Shown here one piece after another: positions 1 through 12,886 of a DNA stretch of 64,000 nt; the stretch's first letter is position 1, and every line of letters starts with the position of its first letter. A model generated the notes under the pieces. That model was not told the origin of the DNA. It saw only the letters and a program-made list of their open reading frames with translations, and ran no database searches. Made by a program: the position numbers and the translations under genes. Source of the stretch: Octopus bimaculoides (lineage: Eukaryota); assembly GCF_001194135.2 (NCBI RefSeq), contig NC_068987.1, forward strand, positions 4,977,564-5,041,563. The letters are read 5' to 3'.

Positions 1-2694
1 GATTTCATCTTAATAATTTATGTTACTTCATTGCTAGAAGTTAAGGTCAGAATGTGAAAGATTAATTTTGCTTTTTAGAATTGGCTAGTTTCAAAATACA
101 ATTTTAGTTTCTGATTTCTTGGACAACTAGAAGGTAGTCATAAGAGCCATTATGTTCAGAGAATGAGTGTGGAGGGAATCAAACACTTTGATATAAAGCA
201 TATGAACGAACAGAATTAGGTGGCAGAGAATAAATTACACTTTAACCTTCATGGAATCAACTTGTTTTGCTGTTCAACAGAGAATGCAGGACTAATTTAT
301 AGACAGCCTGTCCTGAAGTTTGTGGCTAGTAACATCAGAGTAAGAGTCAGACAGACCCAGAAACAAGATAATTTGGAGAAGGATGGCATGGAAGCTAAAA
401 GATGCCTCAACAGAAACCTATTATGTAAAAGCCAAATGGGAACAGACCAGATCTGTGATTGGTGCAAGAATCCAACCACACAGGTGACATGGTTTATAAA
501 AGGATACAAAAAATAAAAGCCATAAAAATCTAAGAGACTCACCTAGGTAAAAATGGAAGAGAGTGCGGAGAACCTAAGCCTAATAGCTGATTCTGTTGAA
601 GAATTAAGAAATTCTAAATGTAGAAGAAAGGTATAGAATCAACAAGATTTAATTCAGCTATATTCTGCCCAAATGTTCTGTTTTGTGTTGAAACAAACCA
701 GATCCAGTCTCTCACAAACTCTACACTGTCAGTCTAAAAATAAGCAACCACATCGTCAAAATCTCAATTAATTAACTCATCTACAAAACAGAAGTTATCA
801 ACCACTTACAGAGTAATGTATGAATGGTAAAGCAGGGGCAGAGAGTTGAACAAATATAAGGCATGCTATCCCATGCTCTAACAACTACAATTTCCTCCAT
901 CACAGTCATCTTATTTACCTGACACAAACAGTCTTTTAATTAGTAAAAAGTATTATATAAAAATGCTTTATTCAGCAAAAACTACATCTCTTATCTATTT
1001 TTTCATTTTTTCAAACATTATTTTACTTTAAAAAAAAAAAAAAAAAAAGTACTAGAGTTGTTTTGTTATTTGGTCCAAGACTAGGGCAACACACGTACAT
1101 TATACAAAGGTAAAAATATAATATAAAAGCTAAGTAGATTAGAAAAGTACAACCCAGTGTCAATCTTTCATAATTACAGAATCCGTAACAGAAAACAAGC
1201 TATGACCCATTTGGCTGGCAGACTGGCAAATTGTCAACTATTCAAATATAGGCATAGCTCTTATTTTAATTAAGATTGATAACTATGAAAATTTTTAAAA
1301 AAGCATAAAAAGTACTTGATCAAAAGAGCTATGAGTTTACACTTTTTTTTTAAAGACAATTATCAAAAGTAAATGAAGAGAAAATCACTAAAAGATATCT
1401 GAAACAAACATCCCTATTTTAACAACTATCCATGCTATATTAACATAAAACAAATAAATAAAAAGCCCTGTGTGAAACTATTCAAATTATAAATTGATAA
1501 ATTTAATAATTTTCAAATCATTATAAAAAAACACATGTATGTCTCAATCGGTGTTTAGCGTTAATTTATGAGATTATCAAAAAAAAAAACTTCCTGTAAT
1601 TAAAAACAAACTCTTTTAATTAGCTTTCCTACAAAGAAAATGTATTCGTTTTAAATTAGAAATCTTGTTCAAAAAGAAGAGGAGGCAGATTCTAATAAAT
1701 TTAGTGATTTACTTCACAGAACAAGCGTAGATGTATTTTGGAAGAAGAAAAAAAAATACATAATTAAAATGGAGACTGTCAGTGGAAATTCAATGGAACT
1801 CCTGATTAAAATCAAACAGAGGATAATATAGAATAGAAATGTGGGAATAATAGATAATTATTTCTTACAGAGAGACAATAACCACTATTCAGTATATATG
1901 TGTGTGTGTGTGTGTGTGTGTATGTTGTATTATCTGAGAAAAATCTAGCACAGAAAATGGACAGAGACGGACTCGCTAACAAGGATATCAGATATGTGAA
2001 GGGAAAATAATCCTACCTGGGTTATAATTAAAGAACCTTTGATAATCACAAGCTATTGTGGAATTTGAACTCAGAATGTAAAGACAGACAAATGCCACTA
2101 AACATTTTGCTTGGCATGGTAATGATTATGCCAGCTTGCAGAATCGTTACCGATAATAATGATAATGGTTTCTTTCTTATGTTAGCAGAAGACTAAAATT
2201 TATAAGACAACAGTATCACTAATGTGAATCAATTTCAAAATATAAGGAGGAAAAGAAGCACTGAAACTGAGATCAAAGACCATCCAAAAAGGACCACCTA
2301 CTGTCAGTGACACATTTAAATATGCAGGGGAGGGGAGGGAGGAGAGAGATACAGTTTATTGATTCAATCCTTGTATATATTAATATTGGTTTTAATATTG
2401 ACCACTGATAGATGAAAGGCAAAGTCCAGTCTCAGCTTGAATTGAAGCTGAAATATACAATTTTCGAATGGTGGAATAAATCTGTTTGGCAATTTGTGTT
2501 GTTGAGACGGTATAAAGCTTCAGGGATGAGAAGCAATGCTGGACCTGGTGTTAATTTAATTCTGAACTGGGTAGCATAAAGCAAACCACTGTGTCTCTCA
2601 ACTGTGTGTAATCATTGTAAGAAAAAAATATAAGCATTTGTTGCTGATGTCATAAGAACTGTAAAAACTCTGAGAGAACATGAAATAATTCTAC

Positions 2695-2872
2695 TTTGGA
2701 ACAGCGAAGCTCGAAGTAGATAAAGCTATAAATAATAGCCTGTAAATATTGAGTTAATAAATCCTTTGGATAGAAAAAAAAAATTGGCCAGCCTTTGACT
2801 TTTTTTTTATCCAAAAAGGCTTTTTAATCAAATATTTACAGCTTTATCTACTTCAAGCTTCACTGTTCCAAA
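2695..2872. mobile_element. MITE with ~32-bp TIRs (related copies near 16420-16460 and 45490-45645)
   Basis: TTGGAACAGCGAAGCTCGAAGTAGATAAAGCT / AGCTTTATCTACTTCAAGCTTCACTGTTCCAA, 2 mismatches. Confidence 0.75.
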
Positions 2873-3439
2873 TAAGCCTTTGTATCAAGATGAAGTTATT
2901 GACATGAAGAAGTAATTATGCAATAAACATTTGATTATAATAATCAGATGGAGAACTAGAAACAATAAATTATGTTAATATTAAGCAGTTAAAATACGGT
3001 CAGAGTTTTTGTCTTTCGTTGAATTCTGCAAAATTGTGGGTGGATATAGAGAACTTGTCCATCAACCAAATAAGTGACTGGTATCTAACTGTAAAATTAT
3101 AAAAACTGAAGGACTTGCATGAAGAAAGAGAAGTATAATGGGGAGGTAACGGAAACATTTATCATTTAAAATATTTTGGTAGGTTTTTAAGGCTCTATTA
3201 ATGGTTAAACATATCTTGAGTCGGATTGTAATAAGGAGAACATAGTGAGAAAGAGAGAGAGGGAAAAAAGGGGTTAGAGTGAAAACAGGTTTGTACATCC
3301 AAAGCAACCATTTATATACACATTCACCTCACACAGACATCACTTTTGTGTGCACAATACATGTGTGTTGTTTCTTGGAAACATTGCTGACATCAGACTG
3401 CAAAAATAGAACTAATAATCAGTGATGTAAGAACAACAT

Positions 3440-3440
<1 letters not shown>

Positions 3441-3500
<60 letters not shown>
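3441..3500. repeat. (ATA)n microsatellite
   Basis: Directly visible. Confidence 0.95.
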
Positions 3501-3503
<3 letters not shown>

Positions 3504-4532
3504 GGAATAATACAAAAGTTATTATCAGAGCTGTAAACAGAAGAGAAATACAGTTTCGATTAATAGCAGGAAGCAAAGGTAAGAAAAGTTAAACTCACCA
3601 GTAAAACCAGCATCAACATCACCTGGTCTGCAGTGAATGCCGCTACTTCAACATCATTTGCCATCAATAGCCAGCTTGCTTGCTTGGTAAATGCTGTTTT
3701 CCTCCCAATTTTTGCATATGTATATACATATATATATATATCTATATATACATATGTATATATTCGGGGAGTTTTTTTTCTCTCTCTCTCTCTCTCTCTC
3801 TTCTTCCCCTTTGTTCTTCTTCACTCTCATTCCTTATTTGTCTCTTTACCATGCTCGCTGGTTGCTTTCTTTCAAAACATCCACAGAGAGATAAGGAGAC
3901 AAAAACAACCCCAAAACCCCAAACCCAAGCTGAAACCAGTCAGACACAAATCTTCATTTCAGCAGCTGCACAAGATAAGCTCAGCCCAGGTTTGAAATCA
4001 TGTCGAATTAAGTCATTTAATGGTCTTGTCTTATCTGAGGGAAGGTCACAATTTCTAAAGTTCCAGTTCTTTGATTTCCAAAAGATTTTCGTCATTAAAC
4101 TCCTTTCTTCTACCGAAATCCAATGGAGGCTTTTATTTCCACAATTTCTTTCCGTTAGCTCTAATCCGTCTCTCTCTTTCGCTCATCTTATTTTAGCTTA
4201 TAAGATTGTTCTCTTCTTTACTCTCCTTCATTAAACGTTCACATCAGCCCAGACAAGCAGAGAATTGGGCCATTCAAGTCCAATAGATTCTGAGTGTTAA
4301 TGTCAACATCAGTCGTCAGCAATGGAGTTGACAAGAGAACCAGAGAGCATCGATGAGAACTGGCGGTTGCCACCGTTGTCAAAAGCAGGCAGTTGCTATC
4401 GTTCTCAGCAGTCAAATCTGTCACCTGTCTACAGAGTCACAGTCATATGGGTTCAGGCAGCTCAATGTGCAACATACTTGCAAACTACCACAGGTTATAT
4501 CCAAGAAGAACAAGAAGAAGAGATGGACGTAC

Positions 4533-4666
4533 CTGTCCCAACAGACGGACCAACCAGTTGGTGCTCCACTTTTCTCAAATTGGATAATTTGTTGATTAGC
4601 TTCCTGCAATCTTTCAAAGAAATAGCTGGTTGACAGACCACCAGCTTGCCAGTCTGATGAACGAGT
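4533..4666 (-). CDS. FNBP4: FNBP4 exon ending at the start of WW domain 2 (TRSSDWQAGG...GWSVCWDR)
   Basis: ttgcAG / GTACGT; 134 nt, phase 0-2; aligns to TRIADWREGALNGNYLKRKLQDAAEQLKQYEINATPKGWSCHWDR as recalled for human FNBP4. Confidence 0.92.
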
Positions 4667-7600
4667 CTGCAAACAAGTTGTGAAAAAGCAATGGAATTTT
4701 TAAAGTGGCTTGAATAGTCATTTTGTTATTTTAGGAGATTATAATAGGATATATGTCACGAGTGAGCTTAGTACTAATGTCACAGGATAAGGTGAAAATT
4801 ATTTATAGCATTGGGATACTATGATAAACTAAAATAAATTGACCCTTACACACCTGGGCCCCTGTGTATAACTTTACCCTCCACCTGCACTCCCAAGCAA
4901 AGAAAAAAAAATAGTTGCATCTACAGCTCAAGATTAAAGATTGCAGGCAAATCAAAGGACGGAATCGGCTGCATCTTCTTTTTCTGTATTGTGTTGTTCA
5001 TTACCAGGGGAGAATCCAGCCATGATAACTTTTAACCTATTCCAACTGAAGTAGGAACATGACATGACGACAGGGTTGATTGTTGTGAAATACATTACGT
5101 AGGGGTATCTAAAGATGCCTGCAGATCTACAGCAGGATCCATCAAGCAATGACACAGCCACTAAAATCAAACTACCTGGAATTGAGATCATTAACCCATT
5201 TAGTCCCAGAGTTCTTAAATTTCTGAATATTACTTTAAAATTTTTACAGATCATCGTTTAACGTCCGCTTTCCATGCTAGCATGGGTTGGACGATTTGAC
5301 TGAGGACTGGTGAAACCGGATGGCAACACCAGGCTCCAGTCTAATTTGGCAGAGTTTCTACAGCTGGATGCCCTTCCTAACGCCAACCACTCAGAGAGTG
5401 TAGTGGGTGCTTTTACGTGTCACCCGCACGAAAACGGCCATGCTCGAAATGGTGTCTTTTATGTGCCACCAGCACAAGCCAGTCCAGGGGCACTGGAAAA
5501 AAATGATTATCAAAACTCCTTTACTTCAAGTAGAAATGGAAATACTCGGTGTCCTATAAATAGGACATTGAGACAATGTGATATAGCTTATTTAATGTTC
5601 TCATTTAGTGTCCTATTTATAGGACAGTGGAACTTAATGGGTTACGAGAAATGGTATTTAAAGTTATTTTGTGTTAAAAGAGGATCTCTGAAAATCCATN
5701 NNNNNNNNNNNNNNNNNNNNNNNNNNNNNNNNNNNNNNNNNNNNNNNNNNNNNNNNNNNNNNNNNNNNNNNNNNNNNNNNNNNNNNNNNNNNNNNNNNNN
5801 NNNNNNNNNNNNNNNNNNNNNNNNNNNNNNNNNNNNNNNNNNNNNNNNNNNNNNNNNNNNNNNNNNNNNNNNNNNNNNNNNNNNNNNNNNNNNNNNNNNN
5901 NNNNNNNNNNNNNNNNNNNNNNNNNNNNNNNNNNNNNNNNNNNNNNNNNNNNNNNNNNNNNNNNNNNNNNNNNNNNNNNNNNNNNNNNNNNNNNNNNNNN
6001 NNNNNNNNNNNNNNNNNNNNNNNNNNNNNNNNNNNNNNNNNNNNNNNNNNNNNNNNNNNNNNNNNNNNNNNNNNNNNNNNNNNNNNNNNNNNNNNNNNNN
6101 NNNNNNNNNNNNNNNNNNNNNNNNNNNNNNNNNNNNNNNNNNNNNNNNNNNNNNNNNNNNNNNNNNNNNNNNNNNNNNNNNNNNNNNNNNNNNNNNNNNN
6201 NNNNNNNNNNNNNNNNNNNNNNNNNNNNNNNNNNNNNNNNNNNNNNNNNNNNNNNNNNNNNNNNNNNNNNNNNNNNNNNNNNNNNNNNNNNNNNNNNNNN
6301 NNNNNNNNNNNNNNNNNNNNNNNNNNNNNNNNNNNNNNNNNNNNNNNNNNNNNNNNNNNNNNNNNNNNNNNNNNNNNNNNNNNNNNNNNNNNNNNNNNNN
6401 NNNNNNNNNNNNNNNNNNNNNNNNNNNNNNNNNNNNNNNNNGGGGGGGGGGGTCTTATCACATACATGAAAACTTGCATTCAATATATCATCATCATCAT
6501 CATTTAACTTCCGCTTTCCATGCTGGCAAGGGTTGAACAGTTTGACTGGGTGCTGACAACGACCACGCTCGAATGGTGCTTTTTACGCACCACCTGTATG
6601 AGGGCCAGTCAGCCATATTTTTATGAATATTAATAAGAATTGTACAAAAACATTGTTAAAATATTTTGTGTACTGCAGAAGTATAAGCAATTTGTTTCAC
6701 ATAAATTTAAAACATAAAAATCTTATATGGACCCTTCAGGGTCATATGGACCCTTCAGGGTCATATGGACCCTGCTCGAGAAGCACTGATTTAGATTGTC
6801 GTTTTGATCTCTTCCTTCTATCAGGTACCCCAAGATGCAATATGAAAATCTAAAATCTCAAAAGTCTCAGGGCCAGACCAAAATCACAAACACACATGTA
6901 AGGTACCAGAGGGTTGAAGGAATCTCTGCACACACTAACATCTACAAACAGACATAACACACGTCTGCCTGATCACTGTTAATCTGGACTAAGCAACAAC
7001 GACTAATTCACAAATTAAAGTACAGTGTAATCTCATCTAAACATATTCCTTATTTTTATGGAGAAATTTTTACCTTTAGCTTTTCATTGCTCTCCTGACT
7101 CTTCGAAGATTCTTCTGAGTGACTCTTGTAATTTAAACCTGGAATAAAACCAAAAGTTAGAGGAATGCAGAAAATAACACGAAAGTTTAAAACTAATCGT
7201 TTCTTAAACCAAATGAAAATATATATATATTTTTTGTTTTTGTTTTTGCTTTATCCATGAATATTTTTGCTATGAAAAAAGGAATAGAACAAATGGAGCT
7301 CAACACAATAGCAGTAAAGCTTGCTCTTATGTATATGATCAAATGAATAAGCATTTTAACCTCACAGCAAACAACCTAAAATTTTTCACATTAAAATGGA
7401 TTAAGGATTAAGTTACAAATATCACTACTAAAGACACTGGCATTTGAGGTTAGGAGTTCAAATTATACCACAAGTCTTATATTTCGTTTTTGAGCAAAGC
7501 ATATTACTCCATTCCTTATTTTCCACTGAATGTCCCTTTCACCTCCTCTTTTGTAACAACCCCACATTTTGCCAATGCAGCTCTTACCCCTTTACCTCTG

Positions 7601-10242
7601 TCCATCTCCCACTATTCCCACCCTTGTGTATTTCTAACTTCATCCCTTGTCCTGTGCATCTCTCTTGCACACCATCCTCTCTTATTTCACATCTTCACTA
7701 CCTTCTCTCTTTCCCATTTGGAGTTACCATGCATCTCTCCTCAACAAGGTATCTGTACACTTCTCATCACCAGGCACAAAGCAACATCCCTCAATACTTT
7801 CAGCCCATCCTCAGCTGAGGGTGGGTGGGTCTTGTCTTGGGAGTTACTTAGTAACCTCATTTGTGTTAGTACCATGTAAACAGCACCGAGTGCACTCTGG
7901 AGAATGGATAGTATTAGGAAGGGTACCCAGTCATAGAAACCACACCAAAGCTGACATTGGGGCCTGATGCAGCTCTGCAACTTGCTAAACCCTGTCAAAC
8001 CATCTAACCCATGCCAGCATGGAAAACAGATGTCAAATGATGATGATCTGTTTTATCCAAACCACCCCCATACCTATGTTTTTATGAAAACTCATTCAAA
8101 ATGATTTAGCTTTATGAAACAATCAAATTAATTAAATAAATAAATAAATAACCACTGACTTTTGCTTGACTTTGATCGAGATTCTTTTTTCGACTGATGA
8201 TCTTTGTGGGAAGATCGCTTCTTACTGCTTTCAGATCTTTTAGAACTGGAACTTTCTAGAGTGGAGGAAATGGAAAGTTTTAGAATTGGACAACCAAAAC
8301 CCTAAGTTACAACAGTTGAAATCATTCTCTCATGAAGTTTGTCTTCATATCCCAGAAAAAACATTTTTTTTTCTTTTACCCTTTAACAATTAAATATTAC
8401 TTCATTACTAATGGATGTTAAATGATGATGATAATATATATCACAGTATATTGATTCAGACCATTGAATGTTGTTGCATGCTGCTGGTCACAGTGCACTT
8501 CCTTGCATTGTTGAAGTTTTTGAAAGATGCCACATTGCTGCCTAAGCAGGCAGGCCAACATTCCCTCTGAACAGAATGCCAGCCTGTCACATGGTTAGCC
8601 ATTCACAGCTGAGTGGACTGGAGCTACATGAAATGAAATGTTCTGCTCAACAACACGATGCACTGTCAGTCTACGAGCCAAAACCACAATGTTGTCATCA
8701 CAGACACAACACCCTAACCACTAAACCAAGTGCCTACACACACAGTCTTAATTTTGCATATCACACAACAATGACCGGTATAGCTCTATGTGATTTGAGG
8801 TAAAGACGTCCAGTTTTACCTTCAAAGCAACATAAAGATTTCAATTCAGCAGGTCATCTGTAAGCTTTGCAGCATAAGCAAACATTGAACCTGAATCAAA
8901 ACATGTTGACCTATCATATCTAAGCTGGTATAAAATAAACAAAACCATTTTTAAGAAAATAAAGAATACAATAAACCAAATATGGCACCTACCTTTCTTT
9001 TCTTTTGTTCTTTTCGATGCATGTTTATGAGTTTTACTTTTCTTGGGAGGTTTTGACATACAATAATCTTCATCAGAACTGTTCCTGCTCGCTGTTCTTC
9101 CACTGTCTGATTCCTTGTGTTTTCTTTTCACGTGGTGCCGATCAGATACCTCACATTGTTTCTCCTCCTCTTCCAACCGCCTCAACTCATTCTAATAAGA
9201 AATTTTACATACAGTCATATTTTTTTAAACATAGAATAATAATTTCTAAAAACTCAGAAATCACAGAAAAAAACTTATCAAAACAAAATCTCAGTGTTAT
9301 TTAATGGAAGCTGTTTAGAGGGACACTACATGAATACGTTCTCATCATGCTCCATGTTGGCATGGGCTGGACAGTTTCACAGGATCAAAGAACTACATCA
9401 GACTCCCGTGTTTGTTTGGCATGTTTTCTAGGGCTGGACACCCTTCCTAACACCAACAACTTTACAGTGTGTATTGGGTACCATTTTCATGCCAACAACA
9501 CTAGTGAGATTGCAATGCTTCCACTACTTATTTCAGCACTCAATGACCATTTCAATATAAAGGGATCATAAACTGGCACGATAGTGAGCATATTGAACAA
9601 AATTCTTAGCAGTATTTCTTCAGGCTTTCTGTTCAGAATTCAGATGTCGCCAAGGTTGACTTTGCCTTTAAATATAATAGCAACACACCTGTGCTTGTCC
9701 CTCTATTGCACTTTAAACCCTCAACACCCAGCACAAAGCCATCTTCATCCCTTGCTAATCAAGGAAGCTTTTGCCTTTTCTTGTCTTGTAAGTTATTTTC
9801 ACAACCTCACATGATACACAATGTCAAAACGAGGAGCCACAAATACACACACACACATGTGCACGTGTGTGTGTGTGTGTGTGTGTTTGAGAGACAGGCT
9901 TCTTTCAGTTTCCATTCACAAGGATTTAGTCAGCTCATGGTTACAGAAGAAGACACCAGCCCAAGATGTGCAATGGGACTGAACCTGCAACCATACAGTT
10001 AAGAAGCAGATTTCTTAAACACGTCCACACACTTTGGACAAAACAAAAACAAATGCTAAAATAGGGATTGATCTTGTTTGTGGACATCGATGTGTCGTTA
10101 AGAAGCTTCCTTCCCAACCACGTGGTCTAGGGTTCAGTCCCACTGCATGGCATTGTGAGAAAGTGTCTTCTGCTATCACTCTGGGCTGACCAAAGCCTCA
10201 TGAGTAGATTTGGTAGATGGAAACTGAAAGAAACCCATCTTA

Positions 10243-10280
<38 letters not shown>

Positions 10281-12853
10281 TATATATACATACATACACA
10301 CACATACATAAATACCATAAAAATCCATGTAATGTGCGCACCTGTGTAATTTACGCAGGTGATTTTCAAAGGTAGGGAAAAAAAAACCATTTAAAAAAAA
10401 AACTCCACCACTTACCACTTTCCTCTCTAGCGCCAATTCCAGTTCCCGGTCAACCTCATCAATATCAATATTGCTCTGCTCAGAATCAGAACCTGGTGAT
10501 GCTTCTTTGTTATTAGCTACAGTAGTATTAGTATCAGGGTTCAATTCCAATGTGGCTTGCTGTTCTTGTTTGTTGGATGTAGTGTCCTCTCTGTGCATTC
10601 GAGCTTTGAATTTCTTTTTGCACATTTCTATGGTTAAATCGGATATGTTCACGGTGGATGCTAGGGATTCAGGATTACTGCTACTAGTACTACTGTTACT
10701 ACTATTACAGTTGGTATTGTTCGTCGTGTGAGCACCATTTCCATCAACAGCACAGGCAGTTCCTTCTGTATATTTATCTGTTGTCATTTCCAAACTTTCA
10801 GCCGCTGGTGATGAGCTAACAGCTGAAGAAATCTTGCTATCAGATTCCATAGTTTCCTCGTTGTTGATGTTTTCTGAATTCCCTGGCGAGCACTGAGGGT
10901 TTTCTGTCATATCTGGGGAGGCAGTCTCCTGGACCAACTTGGGTTCGACATCTGTTTCTTCTGAAAGGGTTTTGTCTTTCTTATCACTGACATTATCAGG
11001 CTGTAGCTCAGATGACTCTGCACTTTCTGATACTGTTTTTTCTTCTGTCGATATTGCAGAGGACTCAGATTTATCTTGTCCATTTTTCTTCTTCGGGTCA
11101 CTGAAATAGCAAGACAACATCATGAATAATAATCTACACACACAGGACTGGATTAAGACACAGAGGTCTAAGCATGTAAAAGATTTTGGTGTAATTGAAA
11201 ATATCCGATAACAGCACTGCCTGTAATTAAGTGATTGTAGTCTACATCCCTCAAAGTGTATGCATACGCTTGTACTCTGAGCAGGCCTATATGTTATAAC
11301 TGGTTTATATTAAAGAAGAAAGACATTGTGAGTCGGAATCAGAGTCAATATAGTTTTACCAACTCCGACTCCAGCTACCCCTTAATTGTTTCTGACTCCA
11401 AATTCTACAGCCCTGCTACAGAGCTATCACAGTTGAGGAGTGGCACCGAAGAGAATTTCATAAAATTAGTAAAGATGAATGTGGATGACTGTCCAAGACA
11501 AGATCAAAATATTAACTACCGTTTAGACTTGGTTTTTTTCTTCTTTGGTTTTGTTTTGCCTTCTTTGATTAAGCGGCTGAGAGTTAACTCATACTCCTTG
11601 TAAAGGAGGAGGTACTGAGTGAACTCTGGAGGGATTTCCCAAGTCACCTCATTGCTGTTGATATTCCAGTAATAGTAGTGTTGAGTGCTTTCATCATGGC
11701 ACTGTTGCCATTCACTGACAGGCTCTGGAAAATAGAAAAAAAAAATGCATAGTTTACTTTATTTACATTGGACAGATATGTGTCCTCATCTTGTTGGTTG
11801 TTACCACAACGTTTCAGCTGATTTACTCTCTAGCCTTCATCAGGTGCCCTGGTCGAATTTTGAACCCAACCCTGGGTTCTCATTCCTAAGGTATTTTTAT
11901 GATATTATTATTATCATTCCTTCAAGGCACTGCCTGGAATTGAACTCGGAATCTTAGGTTTAGTAGCACACGCTCTTAACCATCCAATGTAAATTATGTA
12001 CAGAATTCCTCATCTCTAAAATATAGAACTGTACAGTTTACAATAAAATAATGTCAATAGATTTATAGGTCCCATATTTGATGCCATAAAAGATGCACTG
12101 GCATTTTTATGCACCCTAATGTCAGCAGCACATATTCAGGAGAAAAAAGTACAACTTATATGCCATCAAATACAATATGTAGGTATACCGATATGGAACA
12201 CAGGCACTAAATGATGTGTAGCAGAAATTACAGCTACTATGAACCTGATACATAATGAAATGTGTAACATTGAAAAACTGTCAAGTTTTTAATTGACACA
12301 GTAAAATTATTTGTGTTTCATAGTTACCTTCTGGCCACACAACTGGTTCTTCTTCACCGCTACTAGAATCTCCCGAGGATTTATAACTAGCAACAACGGA
12401 CACAACTTCTCCACTGGCATCGGTGCCTTCCTTTGCATCAGATCCCAGAGACTGGTCATCTTTGGTAGAATCAACAACAGGGTCTACGTTCTTATCTTCA
12501 GCATCGGTTTCTTTATTCTTAACTTCAGCATCTTCTCCAAGAGCATCAATTTCCTAAATTTTGAGAGACACAGGAGAAATTACATTATTATTTAAAAAAA
12601 ATTTATTGTGTATGTCTGCTGCAATAGCAACCATAAATTAATCAAAACTTGGTCAGATTCAGTTCCACAAGAATTTATCAACATAAAGGTGTGGGCATTA
12701 CTGTGTCGTTAAGAAGCTTTCTTCCCAACCATGTGATCTAGGGTTCAGTTCCACTGCATGGCATTGTGAGAAAGTGTTTTCTGTTATAGCGCTGAGCTGC
12801 CAAAACCGTGGGAGTAGATTTGGTAGATGGAAACAAAGAAACTCGTCTTATAA

Positions 12854-12886
<33 letters not shown>

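Noticed and set aside
220-516. 98-aa plus-strand ORF with a CxxC motif
   Set aside because: Antisense within an FNBP4 intron, non-ATG start, no recognisable domain.
4952-5254. 100-aa minus-strand ORF as the missing FNBP4 exon
   Set aside because: No similarity to the expected conserved block in any minus frame and no fitting splice sites.
5310-6536. Long ORFs spanning N runs (5310..6536, 5664..6479, 5674..6483, 57676..58092)
   Set aside because: Length is an artefact of Ns; the real parts are SINE sequence.
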